A stretch of 64,000 bases of DNA from assembly GCA_051294905.1 (NCBI GenBank), contig CM119380.1:558001-622000 (forward strand), written 5' to 3'. Below, piece by piece: positions 36,895 to 48,726 of the stretch. Every line of letters starts with the position of its first letter. The stretch's first letter is position 1. A program made the position numbers and the translations under genes. Below the pieces are notes generated by a model. That model was not told the DNA's origin. It ran no database searches and was given only the letters and a program-made list of their open reading frames with translations. This DNA comes from Botryllus schlosseri. Its lineage: Eukaryota.

Positions 36895-37908
36895 AGCCTA
36901 GTGCACATTTGCGTAAATCGTACGCGCGTACGATTATCACTCTCTCACTAAATTGGCCGAAACGAGAGCTTACGTCATCGCTGAAGGAAAAGTGAGAATC
37001 AATTTAGTGCTGTGCCGCACGTTGTCGCTGCCGAGCGTCAGCAACGCAACAATCAAAATCACAGACCATGAGATTCACATTGTACCACCAATGGCAACAG
37101 TAACAAACTTTGCAGTATACGGACATACGGTACTATAGTAGCAACGCAATTTGTAGATAAACAGTTACACGCATTAATGAGAAAAATGTAAGTTATCAAG
37201 GAAATCTTTTCGTCTGCATAAAATAGGTTTGTTCAACTGAATAATAGTAGACTCCAACACTTTTAAATGAAACAAAGATCTGCCACGCGCAATGACATTA
37301 TAGTGCTGTGCGCACTGGCGAGGTTTTCACTCATATGCTTGGTAATCGTCATAGCAGTCTGTTTTGGCAGCCAATTTACACTGACATGCGAGCTCCGTGC
37401 GATCATTTGCGCATGTTTTTGACCGAATCAGTTAAGGGATATGCTGCTTAATACGCTCAAACAATCTTATCACAGTGGCACTTGTATTGGTAGACAACAT
37501 TGCTTGCATTGAAGGCAGGAAGTTCATATTTTCGAGAGTTGGGCAACAAGGATTTCGTCGTGTACACCACATGCGTGTTAACGCTGAAATAACAACGGTG
37601 AACAGCCGATTTAATAAGCTTTTCAAAACGGTTAGACACGTTACCTAGCCAAGGTGTGAAAATGCCGGGCATTTTTCTGGACCATATTTGGGAGCTATGT
37701 CTGATTGGGAGCTTGGCAAGTCAACAATACGCGCGTACGAATCGCACTCTCCGCGTAAGGTCTGCGTAATGCCCGCGTAAAAAAACGAGAGAAAAGAGGC
37801 TCTTTACGCGACGAGCAAACGAGAGAAGAGCAGAGAAAGGAAAGAAACTACAAAAATACTTTACGCGTCCAGTACGCGCGTACGAATTACGCAAATGTGC
37901 ACTACGCT
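36895..37908. mobile_element. Harbinger-type MITE carrying a Penelope fragment
   Basis: TIR AGCCTAGTGCACATTTGCGTAA / TTACGCAAATGTGCACTACGCT. TSD TAA (36892-36894, 37909-37911). Confidence 0.75.
37430..37680 (-). pseudogene. Penelope GIY-YIG endonuclease fragment
   Basis: RFEKLIKSAVHRCYFSVNTHVVYTTKSLLP...SNVVYQYKCHCD; homologous to the 35100-35300 region. Confidence 0.75.
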
Positions 37909-39989
37909 TAAGGGATTTAAATAGATTTAAAAGCAAAATCAAAACGGCAAAGTATGACGCAACAATCAAAATCACAAACCATGATATTCGCATTGTAACA
38001 ATGACAACAACAACAACAAACCTTGAAGTATACGGACATACGGTACTATAGTAGCAGCGCAATTTGTAAATAAACAGTTACACACACGAAACAACACGCA
38101 CTAATGAAAAAAATTGTAAGTTATAGAAAAATTCTTTTTGTCTGTAAGAACTTGCCTGGTTGGATTAAACCTAAAACGCCACAACTAGCATAGACAAAAG
38201 ACCACTACAATCAAATACAATATACGTATTTGAAAGCACTGTTACATCATTCAAGTCTACAAGGCAATATAGTTGGTGGAAAAACAGCGTCATCCTCAAT
38301 TTGTGCAGAAAATTCCTGAGCTGAAATAGATGGTTAAAATATTTGTGTAGCAGTTCAAAATTTGCATTGTCATTTCTTTCTGAATCTGAGATCCTGACTT
38401 ACATCTAGCATGTACTTGCGGCATTGTAGCAGATACTTGACTAGAGTAATTAGGAGATACTAATGCTACAAATTATAACATAACATATAACTGAGTGATA
38501 CCAAACTCATCGTAGCTAATGAAAGGTACGGTTGTCAACTGACGAGTGCGCCTTACTAAATATGCTGTTTACCGAGTCACATTTATATTGAACTGGTAGC
38601 CCATTTCAAGAGTGTAATGGTCAAAATTTTCTTATGCAACACCTGATCTTAGGGCAAATTTTGGTTGCGATCAAATCCGTGGAAAGTTGCACATATTTTT
38701 CATTTATTTTTCACTAAAGTTACACTAAAAAAGTACATTTATGGATAAGTTTCTTGACATTATTAAGGTACGAGATACTCGAATCGATGCGTATCCAAGG
38801 CACTGTCGCAAAACTCAGTGTTGGCGCCTTCAACAAAATCAATAGCCTGAAAAAATTGACCCAGTAGTAGGCTAATATAATTTACGGCTGTCTAGCCTGA
38901 ATGTATGTCAACTGAGAAATGACCTCAAATTTAAACGACAGTGATGATAATCAAGCGATCTATTTACATAAAGTACCAAATATTTCCAGTAAAAAGTGAG
39001 TTGCATGAAAAATCGAAAAGCTGCAAAAAGTTGCTCGAAAAAATGAAGAAAAGTCGCAATATAAGATTCCTCGAAACAGCTTAAAACACCATACTGCATA
39101 ACTTCCGAGTATTTAGGAAGCTGCCAGAAGCTGTAAAAAAAGTTGCAAAAACTTGACTTGTGATCATTTAATTCTTTCCTCTGCCCTGCTGAAATTGATT
39201 CCATTGCTAATTGTTTGGTCACATTTTGGTCTTTTTCTGTGACATCACATTAAATTATCAACCTCACAACAAATTGAATATATGTAGCATTTCGTACACC
39301 TTTCTCAATGATAGCCATTCAAACCTTTCAAGTATCGACATAGATTTTTGAGGCAGAAAATATCAGGCATCAGGCCGCTAGTAACTGTCCTGCATGCAAG
39401 ATGTATTGCATATCTATCTATAGTACACCACCAATTATAAGACATCCACCTGTGATAAAAAAAAAACTTTCTGACAACACCATACACACTTTCTGACTGA
39501 CTGTACCGGGTGCACATTGAGCATGGTAAAGCTTTGAAAATACGCTGCTAATCCGCAGACAAGAAATGAACAAATTTACCATCATGACAACCCTGAAAAT
39601 GGATTTCCATTCAGAAAAGGCCCAATTCACAACAAGAGAATGGCTCAGTGAACAACAATATAGGCTATAATAGCCTATGCTTTCATTGGCTTTCAATTGA
39701 CTATTTCCTTTGATATTTTGGATATTCAGGCTCAGTGTGGACACGGTTCATTATCAATTAACATACGGTATCATATGAAAGCTGGCATCAAGAGCTAGCA
39801 AGTAGAATCTCACAAACTTATACTGGAAAATTTTGATGCACTGAAATATACACTGCTGCCACTAGAAAATATATACTCAATAATAATTCATTCCATGTTA
39901 CAATATGACCTCATTAACATAAAATCGAAGTACGCTCTTTTAACAACCACAGAAATTCAATTATCGAACACCGTTTACTAGACAATATT

Positions 39990-40860
39990 CTACATGGGTA
40001 GGCCTACATGTATTTTCACAGTTATTCGCAAAATGAAAAACTAAAATTGGCATAAATGGAGGGGGGCTCATAAAATCAAAGTAAGCTCTCTTAGCAGGTG
40101 CAGAAATTTAATGATCGACTACTGTTTACTGTACCATATTCTACATGGGTACATATATTTTCACGGTTACTCGTAAAATGACAACTAAAATTCGCATAAA
40201 TGTAGGGGGGGGGGGGGGCTCATAAAATCAAAGTAAGCTCTTTTAGCAGATGCAGAAATTTAATGATCGACGGTTTACGGAACCATATTCTACATCGGTA
40301 CATACATTTTCACGGTTATTCGCAAAATGATAACTAAAATTCGCATAAATTTAGGGGGGGCTCATAAAATTGAAGTAAGCTCATTAAGCGGATGCAGAAA
40401 TTCAATGATCGACTACTGTTTACGGTACCATATGCTACATGTATTTTTACGGTTATTCGTAAATTGATAACCAAAAATCGCGTAAATGAAGAAGGCCCCC
40501 CCCCCTCATAAAATTAAAGTAAGCTTTTAGCAGGTGCAGTAATTTAATGATTGACTTCTGTGTGCGGTATTACATTCTACATGGGTACATGTATTTTCAG
40601 TTATTCGCAAAATGATAACATTTGCGTAAATGTAGGAGGGGGGGGCCTTTAGCTAATGGCAAAATAGATAGAGATCATCAAATCAAAGTGAGCTCTTGCA
40701 CCAAGTGCAGGAATTTAATGATCGACAACTACTCACGGTACCATATTCTACATTGGTGCATGGATTTTTGTGGTTATTCGTAAAATGATTACTAAAAAAT
40801 GAGATTTGATTATTGACCTGTCTTTACGGTACAATACCATATTCTTAATGGATACAAGGA
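39990..40860. repeat. Subterminal tandem array, about 6 units of ~145-170 bp
   Basis: CTACATGGGTAC...GGGGGGCTCATAAAATCAAAGTAAGCTC...AATGATCGAC units start at about 39990, 40141, 40290, 40435, 40577 and 40748. Confidence 0.9.
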
Positions 40861-43208
40861 TTCCGTGGTTATTCAGAAAATGGTAATACTTGAAAAAAAG
40901 CGCGTAAACCAGAGAAATAGTTGGAAAAAGCGCGTAAACCGAGGAGGGGGGCCCTCGAAAGCGCGTAAATCAACCAGGGGGGGCCCTAGGCCGCCTACCT
41001 CGCCTACCCCAAAAGCCACCACTGCCTGTGATCCATCACATTCAAGATACCTTGGTATTTCTCTCGACCCTACCGACTTCATTGCCCTTTGTGGGAGGAT
41101 CATGGATGGCTTCAGAAATGTTTTTCCAGTAACAGTCGTACCGTTGTATACGATATGTTTCGTATGCTGCGATACGGCCAATCATGGTTTCAAGTCTTCC
41201 TCATCGGAAAACAGTATCGAAACCATAATTTTCGTAGATAAAATAACTTTGAGTACCTAGGAGCCTAAAATTTCAGTACTCGAAAAAATCGTATTTTGCT
41301 ACTCGACTTGAATCAATAAAATAATTACTCGATTCAGATTCGAGTACTCGAATCATTGTGCCCAGCCCTACCCATCATACGCCTGCCCGCAGCATTTTCC
41401 TAAACTCAATCCGAAAGAAGCCAAGCATTCCTGGATATCATTACTCAGTGTTTCCGAATCACATTTTGGTGTTTGACAAAATTACTCAGTGTTTCCGAAT
41501 CAGATTTTGGTGTTTGACAAAATCCCCAAAACACCTTTCGTAACCCAATCGCTGTCCGCGTTCCGGGCGCAGACCGAAACCTGTTTTTTTTCCGGATTAT
41601 GGAGTAACATCCTAATCCGGACTTTTTGATATCGTTGACAATTTGTCGCAGAATTGCGTGTGAGGGAAGTTCCAGAATTTGTTTTGGAATGTTGTGAATC
41701 AACCATGTGTATCTTCTACTTTCACTAGGGTTGTTAGTCCGTTTCCCATGACTTAACAAATTCTAGCTACTTTTTTTGTAATTCACCCCCTGCATCCGTG
41801 TGCATGTTGCCGTTTTTTCATGCACCTGATATTTTGACTGATGCTGTTCGCGAGTCTAGCGTAGGATTACAGTGATTATAGCCTTTAATTATTTGATTTT
41901 ATGGACGTGATACTCTTGTTATATATACTGGGATAGGAAGCAGAACTTGAAAATGTCTTTTCCAGTGACAGTGGAGTACCGCCTATCTGTTGCTCTAAAT
42001 ATATGTTATTTCCTAAGATAGCAATATACTGGTAGGTGGTTTGAGTAGCAATATACTGGTAGGTGGTTTGAGTATTTCTAATATTGAAATAATTATCTTC
42101 CATGATAAATCAGGGGATATAATCCGGCTCTTCTTGTGCAGTTATGCAGTATGTTTTGACCAAAGAGAACAAAATTGTTTTATCAACAAAATTGTTTTAT
42201 TTACTCTTTGATGCTTGACTGAGGTGATGTATATTTATTCTTCTAGAATGAGCCGTAGGGCGAAATGTCTGGAAAAAAGAAACCTGCAACAGTATCAAAG
42301 AAAACTAGAAGAAAACGATCGCAGCTCGATCCAGCACAACCGATATTGCAAAATGTGACAGCAATAAATTATACGACCATTCTAAATTTAAATTAATTAC
42401 AAATAAATAGGTGGAACGCTAGGTAAAAGGCACAGTTATCAAATCGGGATTTCAAAGAAGTTGGCTTGACATCTTTCCTTGGCTAACATAAAGCCTATCA
42501 GAGGACGGCGGTTACTGTGAGTATCGAATGTGACTATGGAACGGAAACTCCCGTTTTCCCATTGTTAGGTCACGCTTGACTGAATCTAGCGACTTTGGTC
42601 AATCGCAGCGCAACAATCGAACAATTTGCCTTAGTTTAAATGGCATATCACACTTATAGATACTCAACTGTGATAACGAAATTACTAGACTAATCAGTTA
42701 GTGGTAATCTTGAAACTTGCTACAGTGTTAGATGACATCATTAACATATACAATTAGGAAGCTAGTCGCTCATCTGGGTATGCAACACAATCAAAATCAA
42801 CATAGACCGATAGCGGCTTTTGCGAAAAATCCGTTTTTGGCTAGGCTGCTCGCACCTATACACTCGACTTCGATGACTAAATTACCACCCTAATCAGTTA
42901 GTGGCAATCGTGAAACTTGCTGCAGTGTTAGACGACATCATCGAGATATAGGGCGGAGGCCAATTCACTGACTCAAAGCAAAATTGCTGACTTAGGATCA
43001 GAACAGTGACTCAGCGCTGGGCCAATTCTTCGCTTCATTGTTTTCAGCGACTCAAGTGGAGGAAAATTTGAGACAGGCCGTCAGGAAGTTTAAGTCAACA
43101 ATTGTGGCGCGGAAGTCGCTACAAACGTATAATTGTGTGTCGGGCTGCGTTGGATTCGTAGACGGCGTATTAACTGTGGTTTCATTATATTCTATCAGTA
43201 TAGATATT

Positions 43209-44501
43209 ATGGAGTATGTGAATAGTAAAAAGCCAAGAGTACCAAATTTTACGCCATCAGAAAAAGATCTTCTTGTGGACCTTATAGCGATGTACCCTGC
43301 AATAACATGCAAGAAAACGGATTAACTGTCCCGAAACACTAAAAAGGCGGCTTGGGATAAATTAACAAGTGAATTTAATGCGTCAGGACTAGCAGCTACT
43401 ATGAGGAGTTCTGAAGCGTTGCTGAAATGCTGGAAGAATATTGAATCCCGCACCAAAACTGTTCGTGCCCAGCAAAATCGGGAGCGATTCAAAACTGGTG
43501 GAGGGCCAAAAGTCATCATTGAGAGCGATAGCATCACTGATAAAGTTGAAGGTATATGAGCAATATGAGCATATGAGACTTTTTATAGTTATTGTGTGTT
43601 GCCAACGAAAAACAGTTACCGGTACCGTATCAATTGACATACCAGCATCTAGAATCTGAATTGTTCAGAACAATCGGATGATAGCAAAACAATGAGCCGT
43701 TGCGGCTCTCCGATTGTTCGGACAATGCCGATAATTCAGACCTGGAGGGCGAATTATGGGTGGTTCAGTGCCTGATCATATTTTAATTTATATTTTCGTT
43801 GGTGCGACAGTAGCGCTCCGGAAGATAACTTTCGCATTGCCAGAAATCCGCCTACAGTTGCTCCATGTTAACATTCGATACTCACAACTTCAACTTTGTC
43901 AGTTATGCTATTATGCATCTTTTGTCACACTGTTTGCTATTTCAGCCCTACTTCCAAAAGAATCATTCGGATTGCACAATCCATACGACGATGATGCTGG
44001 CTGTGTGGAATATATCAATGGTTGGTGATTTTAATGTGCAGCTCATCAAGCAACATTTTTAAAATTAACCTGATTGATTCAGGCGATGAGGTAAAAAGAG
44101 ACGAGGCAGTCGCATTGGTATTAGTAGAAGAGAGATCACAGCAAGCTCATGATATGAATGTTTCTGCTGCGTCTTCATGCTCAAATAATATCAGCATTTC
44201 GGAGAAGAGTTCTGCAAATTCAGGTGATATATCCAGTCATTATTTTCACAACAGTTCGTTCATCTTCTTCACTTTTGGTTTGTCAGGTTACAGTAAAAAG
44301 GAGCGAGAGCAAGATCCATATAGTCTTAAGCGTAGAGTGCTGGAGGAAGAGCTTGAGTTCATTCAGTTTAAAAAGAAAACTGAGATGATTATGGTGGATC
44401 AGCAGTCAGAACTGTTTCAGTTGAAAAGGAAAAATGAAATATTGAAAGGAGAGCTTTTAAAACTGGAACTGCAAAGTAGGAAGCAAGCCCAAGAGAAATA
44501 G
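43209..44501 (+). pseudogene. Harbinger Myb/SANT-like DNA-binding protein (3 exons: 43209-43551, 43946-44020, 44083-44501), one in-frame stop
   Basis: RVPNFTPSEKDLLVDLI...KKTD*LS...KKAAWDKLTSEFNA...LLKCWKNI...KTGGGP. The splice phases give VEA|LLP...GLHNPYDDDA|G. C-terminal coiled coil. Confidence 0.8.
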
Positions 44502-44599
44502 GCGGAATATTTATAACAGTTGTTATGTTTATTTCAATACAACAAGAAAAACTCGTTAATGTGAATGAACATATTATAAGCAACCGTTGGTTGTACAAA

Positions 44600-45640
44600 T
44601 CAAGTGAAAAACCGGCGAATTATGCTCCTGCGGTATGCTCGTGCGCCAATAGAATCATCAGTTTCTTCCACATTATCAGGATTTGACAGATCCAGTTCGT
44701 CTTCATCTAAAGTATCCTGTCGGGTATTAATAGCCAAATTGTGAAGGCATGCAGCAGCAACGATTATGGCAAGGCTGTTTTTCATATCAGTTCTTAGTGC
44801 AATGCTAAGACACATAAATCTTCGCTTCAACATACCGAAGCAGTGTTCGATGCGAGTCCTCGTAGCGATTTGTGCTTTGTTATACCTCCTCTCCCCAGGG
44901 GAGGTCGGGTTCAAAATTGGAGTCATCAGCCAGGTTTTCAGTCCATAGCCATTGTCACCCAGCAGCAGACCAGGAATTCTTTTTTCCAAGAATGAGTTAT
45001 ATATTGACGTATTTGCTAGAATCCGGCTGTCGTGTGTCGCTCCAGGCCAGCGCGATACAATATTGATGATCCTCCGGTTAGCATCACATATTACTTGGAC
45101 ATTTATTGAAAAATAACCTTTGCGGTTTCTGTATACTTCTGCACTATCACCCCCAGGTGACTGTATGGGAATGTGGGTGCAGTCAATTGTACCCACAACA
45201 TCGGGAAATCCAGCAATATTATAAAAATTTGTCTTGGTCTCCGAGAAGTTCTCAGGCAGTTTTATGAATATACATTTTTTACGGCATATTGCCCTCACCA
45301 CTTTGTGCACACTTCTCTGTGCAGTACGGCGAGCAACTCCTATGAGATCGCCATCGGTACATTGGAAGTTTCCTGTCGCAAGGAAGCGTAAGGTACATGC
45401 CAATGGAATGACAGGGGGCAATGCGTGTTTACCGCAATCCAATTCATGGTCATCACGAATGACGTCGAACAATTGCAAAAACACTTCCTTGTTGAAACGG
45501 TACCTGTCCTTAAACTCACTGCAGGTATATTTTTCAAGTGGATTCTGCACATCCCGTAAATATTTTCGCCGTGAGTTCGGGTTTAACACTTCTTCGCCGT
45601 CAATACAGTTTACGATTTCCACAATATCAATAGCATCCAT
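44600..45640 (-). CDS. Harbinger transposase (HARBI1-like DDE_Tnp_4), intact, 346 aa
   Basis: FKDRYRF, LRFLATG, VVGTIDCTHI, YRNRKGYFSINVQVICD, WPGATHDSRIL, LLGDNGY, YNKAQIATRTRIEHCFGMLKRRF. No stops. Confidence 0.95.
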   Translation of the reverse strand: MDAIDIVEIVNCIDGEEVLNPNSRRKYLRDVQNPLEKYTCSEFKDRYRFNKEVFLQLFDVIRDDHELDCGKHALPPVIPLACTLRFLATGNFQCTDGDLIGVARRTAQRSVHKVVRAICRKKCIFIKLPENFSETKTNFYNIAGFPDVVGTIDCTHIPIQSPGGDSAEVYRNRKGYFSINVQVICDANRRIINIVSRWPGATHDSRILANTSIYNSFLEKRIPGLLLGDNGYGLKTWLMTPILNPTSPGERRYNKAQIATRTRIEHCFGMLKRRFMCLSIALRTDMKNSLAIIVAAACLHNLAINTRQDTLDEDELDLSNPDNVEETDDSIGARAYRRSIIRRFFT

Positions 45641-48549
45641 CGCCTATATCAAAGTAAACAAAACCTATATCGAACTACAGATAACTTTACTACGTAAATA
45701 CGCTGGTTGCCATGGAGTTATGGTTACAGCGATAAAACGTCTTATGACGTCTGCGAAAGCCACTGCTCAGCTGAGTCGGCTGGTGTTTGGACTTTTGGCG
45801 CGGAGTTGAGTTGGTAATCGGAACGCGCCTCAACTGAGTTCGTATTCGTGACTTAAGTTAGTTTTTTTTGAGACTAGCTTTTGGCCTCCGCCCATACACT
45901 TCGAAAGCTAGTCGCTTATCTCGGTATTCAACACAATCAAAATCAACAATTCAACATAGTCCGAAACCGGCTGTTGCGAAAAATCCGTTATTGGCTAGGC
46001 TGTGCGCAGTGCGCACCTAATACAATGCGTATGTAACGAAATTACTAATCCAACTGTGTAGGAAGAGCCTTCAAATTTCGCGCAGAGTTATAACGCATAA
46101 TCCGAAAAATAGATACGAAATCTCGTCATCTCTCCCGCTATGGAAACACCTTCAAAATCTATAGAGCAACACAGGTTTTTGCGTAAAATCTGTTCCGCAG
46201 GTAGGCCTATAGGCTGGATGCAGGACCGTAACAGCACTTCGTCAGGCCCCCCAAAACGTTGGTCTTAGGCCCCCCATAGGGTGATAAATACAGGCCGACG
46301 CCGAAATGCCCATTTGAAGTTGCGTATATTTGCAGGTTCGCGCAAAGTGCGCTATCGCATAATAGATTTTACGCGAGTATATAGGACATAGGTGCGCGCA
46401 CCGCCCAGCCTAGCGCGTAACGTATTTTTCGCAAAAGCCGGTATCGGTCTATGTGGATTTTAATTGTGCTGCATACCCAGATGAGCGACGAGCTTTCGAA
46501 TTGTATATATTGATGATGTCATCTAACACTGTAGCAAATTTCAAGATTACCACAAACTGATTAGTAGGGTGATAATTTCGTTATCGAACTCGAGTATATA
46601 GGTGCGCGCAGCCCAGCGCGTAACGGATTTTTCGCAAAAGCCGCTATCGGTCGATGTGGATTTTGATTGCGTTGCATACCCAGATGAGCGACTAGCTTCC
46701 TAATTGTATATGTTGATGATGTCATCTAACACTGTAGCAAGTTTCAAGATTACCACTGACTGATTAGTCTAGTAATTTCGTTATCAAAGTCTAGTAATTT
46801 CGTTATCAAAGTCGAGTATTTATAAGTGTGATATGCCATTTAACTTAAGGCAAATTGTTCGATTGTTGCGCTGCGATTGACCAAAGTCGCTAGATTCAGT
46901 CGAGCGTGACTTAACAATGGGAAACGGGAGTTTCCGTTCCATAGTCACATTCGATACTGTGAGCCTTGTTATGTTTTTTCTCGGCATTGGCTGGTGCAAT
47001 GCGCTAAAACAATTTGTGACTACTCCAGTCACCAACTGGAAAAAAATGAAAGATCTTTGCAATGAGCATCAAGAAAAAAAGTTCCACGGCCTTGCCGTTC
47101 AGCGACGTGAATGATTAGCGCAGGCATTCCGGACCGGCAATGATGCATAGCGGTAGGAAACGCTCGGTCGAAATAAATCGGAAGGTCATGTCTTCGATAA
47201 TCGACACACTCAAATTATGCGGCCGCCAAAATATTTCGCTGCGTGGCCACAGGGATTCAGGGCGTTTAGGCCCGACCGAGACATATGAAACTGCTACGAA
47301 CGAAATTAATTTTCGCGCCCTTCTCTGGTACAGGATGGCAGCAGTGGATCAAGCCCTAATTGATCATTTTCGCGACGCGCCTGGAAATGCGCAGTACAAC
47401 AGTGGCGGTATCCAAAACGAAATAATTAATTTGTGTGGGGATAACATTCGGTCTGAAATTGTTCAAAGAAATAAAGCGGCTACTTTATTCTCTGTTCTCG
47501 CAGACGAAACAAGCGACGTTTCCACCAAATTCGTCCGGTACGCCGACGTGAATACAAAATTGGACGGCATCCTTCGCGAAAATTTCCTCGGATTTGTACA
47601 CGTTAAGGACCTGACTGGATAGGCCTTAGCTAATTAATTGATTAGGTCCCTAACATCGGGAGGTGTTGACCTTAGTGGCCTCAGGGGTCAAGCCTCAGGG
47701 GTCAAGGATACGACGGTGTCGCCAATATGTCTTGTGAGTTCAGGCTTTTGTCCGTGAAAGGTTTGCCGGTGCTGCCTACACGCACCACAACTCGCACGTA
47801 CTGAATCTTGTACTTTCGCATGCTTGCGGGGAAGCCGCCATCAAAAAGACAGTGAGAACGATTCAGGATGTGATCGTTTTCTTTAATGGCAGTAATAAAC
47901 GCACTGAGATTCTCCAATGTGCCATAAAGGCTTTGTGCCCTTCCGCACACAGACCGAGGTTGATGCCTTTGTGCGAGACTCGCTGGGTGGAGAGGCACGA
48001 CGCTGTAATGATATTCTGCCTGATGTATCCGTCAATCGTACATTCCCTGGATGAAATAGAAAACGGCAACGACAACACAGCTACAAAGAGCTCGGCTGGA
48101 CGTTAGCGTTTGCGAATTCGGATGACGGATTTTGTGGCAAATATTCCGGAAAAACTAGTCGGTTATTTCAGAAACAGGTTCTCGGATATCTCAGAAATAG
48201 GTTCTGAGAAGATTTCCAAAGAAAGCTTCCAGAACATCTTGTGAGAAGGTCCGCAGGCAAACATAACACTGGTCGACATGATTTTTGTTTTCTGGCCAAA
48301 ACGATGTCTATTAAGTCAAGATAAGGACATCCCACTTACAGGGTCCAGGGTCGCCTATATTTATTCATCAAGTGTTTTTGGAGTTGACAGGAAGTGTTGT
48401 CATTTTTGAAATATGTCAGATACCTATATATTAACCTCTATATTATCGACAATCGTAGCAGTTTGCCAGTGGTCCGTTCAATTCTAGATATTGTAGGCCT
48501 ACAGCACGTTATTTAATTCGCAGGTTTTTTCAAATGACAGATCTTTCTA

Positions 48550-48722
48550 GGTTCTAGAAGCTGGGGATCCGGTTAGTTATCAATTGAAAGATTACGCAAA
48601 CGAAATTATATCCGGTCGTTTTCAACGTCGAAAAGATTCTGTCTACACGTAAGAAGGCTGGAAAAACTCAGTACCTGGTCAAATGGTCTGGATACCCCGA
48701 AAAATTTAATTCATGGGTTTTT
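48550..48722 (+). pseudogene. Polinton integrase C-terminus with chromodomain
   Basis: DPVSYQLKDYANEIISGRF, then a frameshift, then VEKILSTRKKAGKTQYLVKWSGYPEKFNSWV. Confidence 0.8.
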
Positions 48723-48726
48723 TGTA

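Larger units (their letters stand above)
36192..41024. mobile_element. Large hAT element of the CAGTGGTGGC family (4.8 kb)
   Basis: Termini CAGTGGTGGC / GCCACCACTG. Perfect TSD CCTGTGAT (36184-36191, 41025-41032). Weak hAT-like coding relics at ~38900-39750 (-). Confidence 0.9.
36034..41370. mobile_element. hAT non-autonomous element (TAGGGCTGGGCA TIR)
   Basis: TAGGGCTGGGCA / TGCCCAGCCCTA. Flanks CCCACTCAT / CCCATCAT (degenerate TSD). ACTCGA-rich subterminal repeats. Its removal restores the AYDG-ANM motif of the host transposase. Confidence 0.75.
35650..41800 (-). pseudogene. hAT transposase relic (ZMYM1/DUF4371-like) split by nested insertions
   Basis: ILRQIVNDIKK..CYSII, EQVSVC..FCQTPKSDSETL, CCGQAYDG (41371-41800) joins VANMKGRINGVQARIK...YIYCMGHHLNLVV (36033 and below). 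Confidence 0.8.
42951..45893. mobile_element. Full-length PIF/Harbinger transposon (2943 bp)
   Basis: TIR GGGCGGAGGCCAA / TTGGCCTCCGCCC. TSD ATA (42948-42950, 45894-45896). Convergent Myb/SANT and transposase genes. Confidence 0.95.
42521..46957. mobile_element. Foldback-like non-autonomous DNA element with long, internally repetitive inverted arms
   Basis: The ~140-bp terminal segment GTATCGAATGTGACTATGGAACGG... is inverted at the right end, followed on each arm by two ~210-bp units. Flanks TGTGA / TGTGA (42516-42520, 46958-46962). Confidence 0.85.
42260..48110 (+). pseudogene. hAT transposase relic (THAP12/PRKRIR-ZMYM-like, TTF zinc finger) split by the foldback element
   Basis: FQRSWLDIFPWL...DGGYC | EPC..., LCGRQNISLRGHRD, NFRALL, IQNEII, FSVLADETSD, QGYDG, LMPLCETRWVERHDAV. 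Confidence 0.9.
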
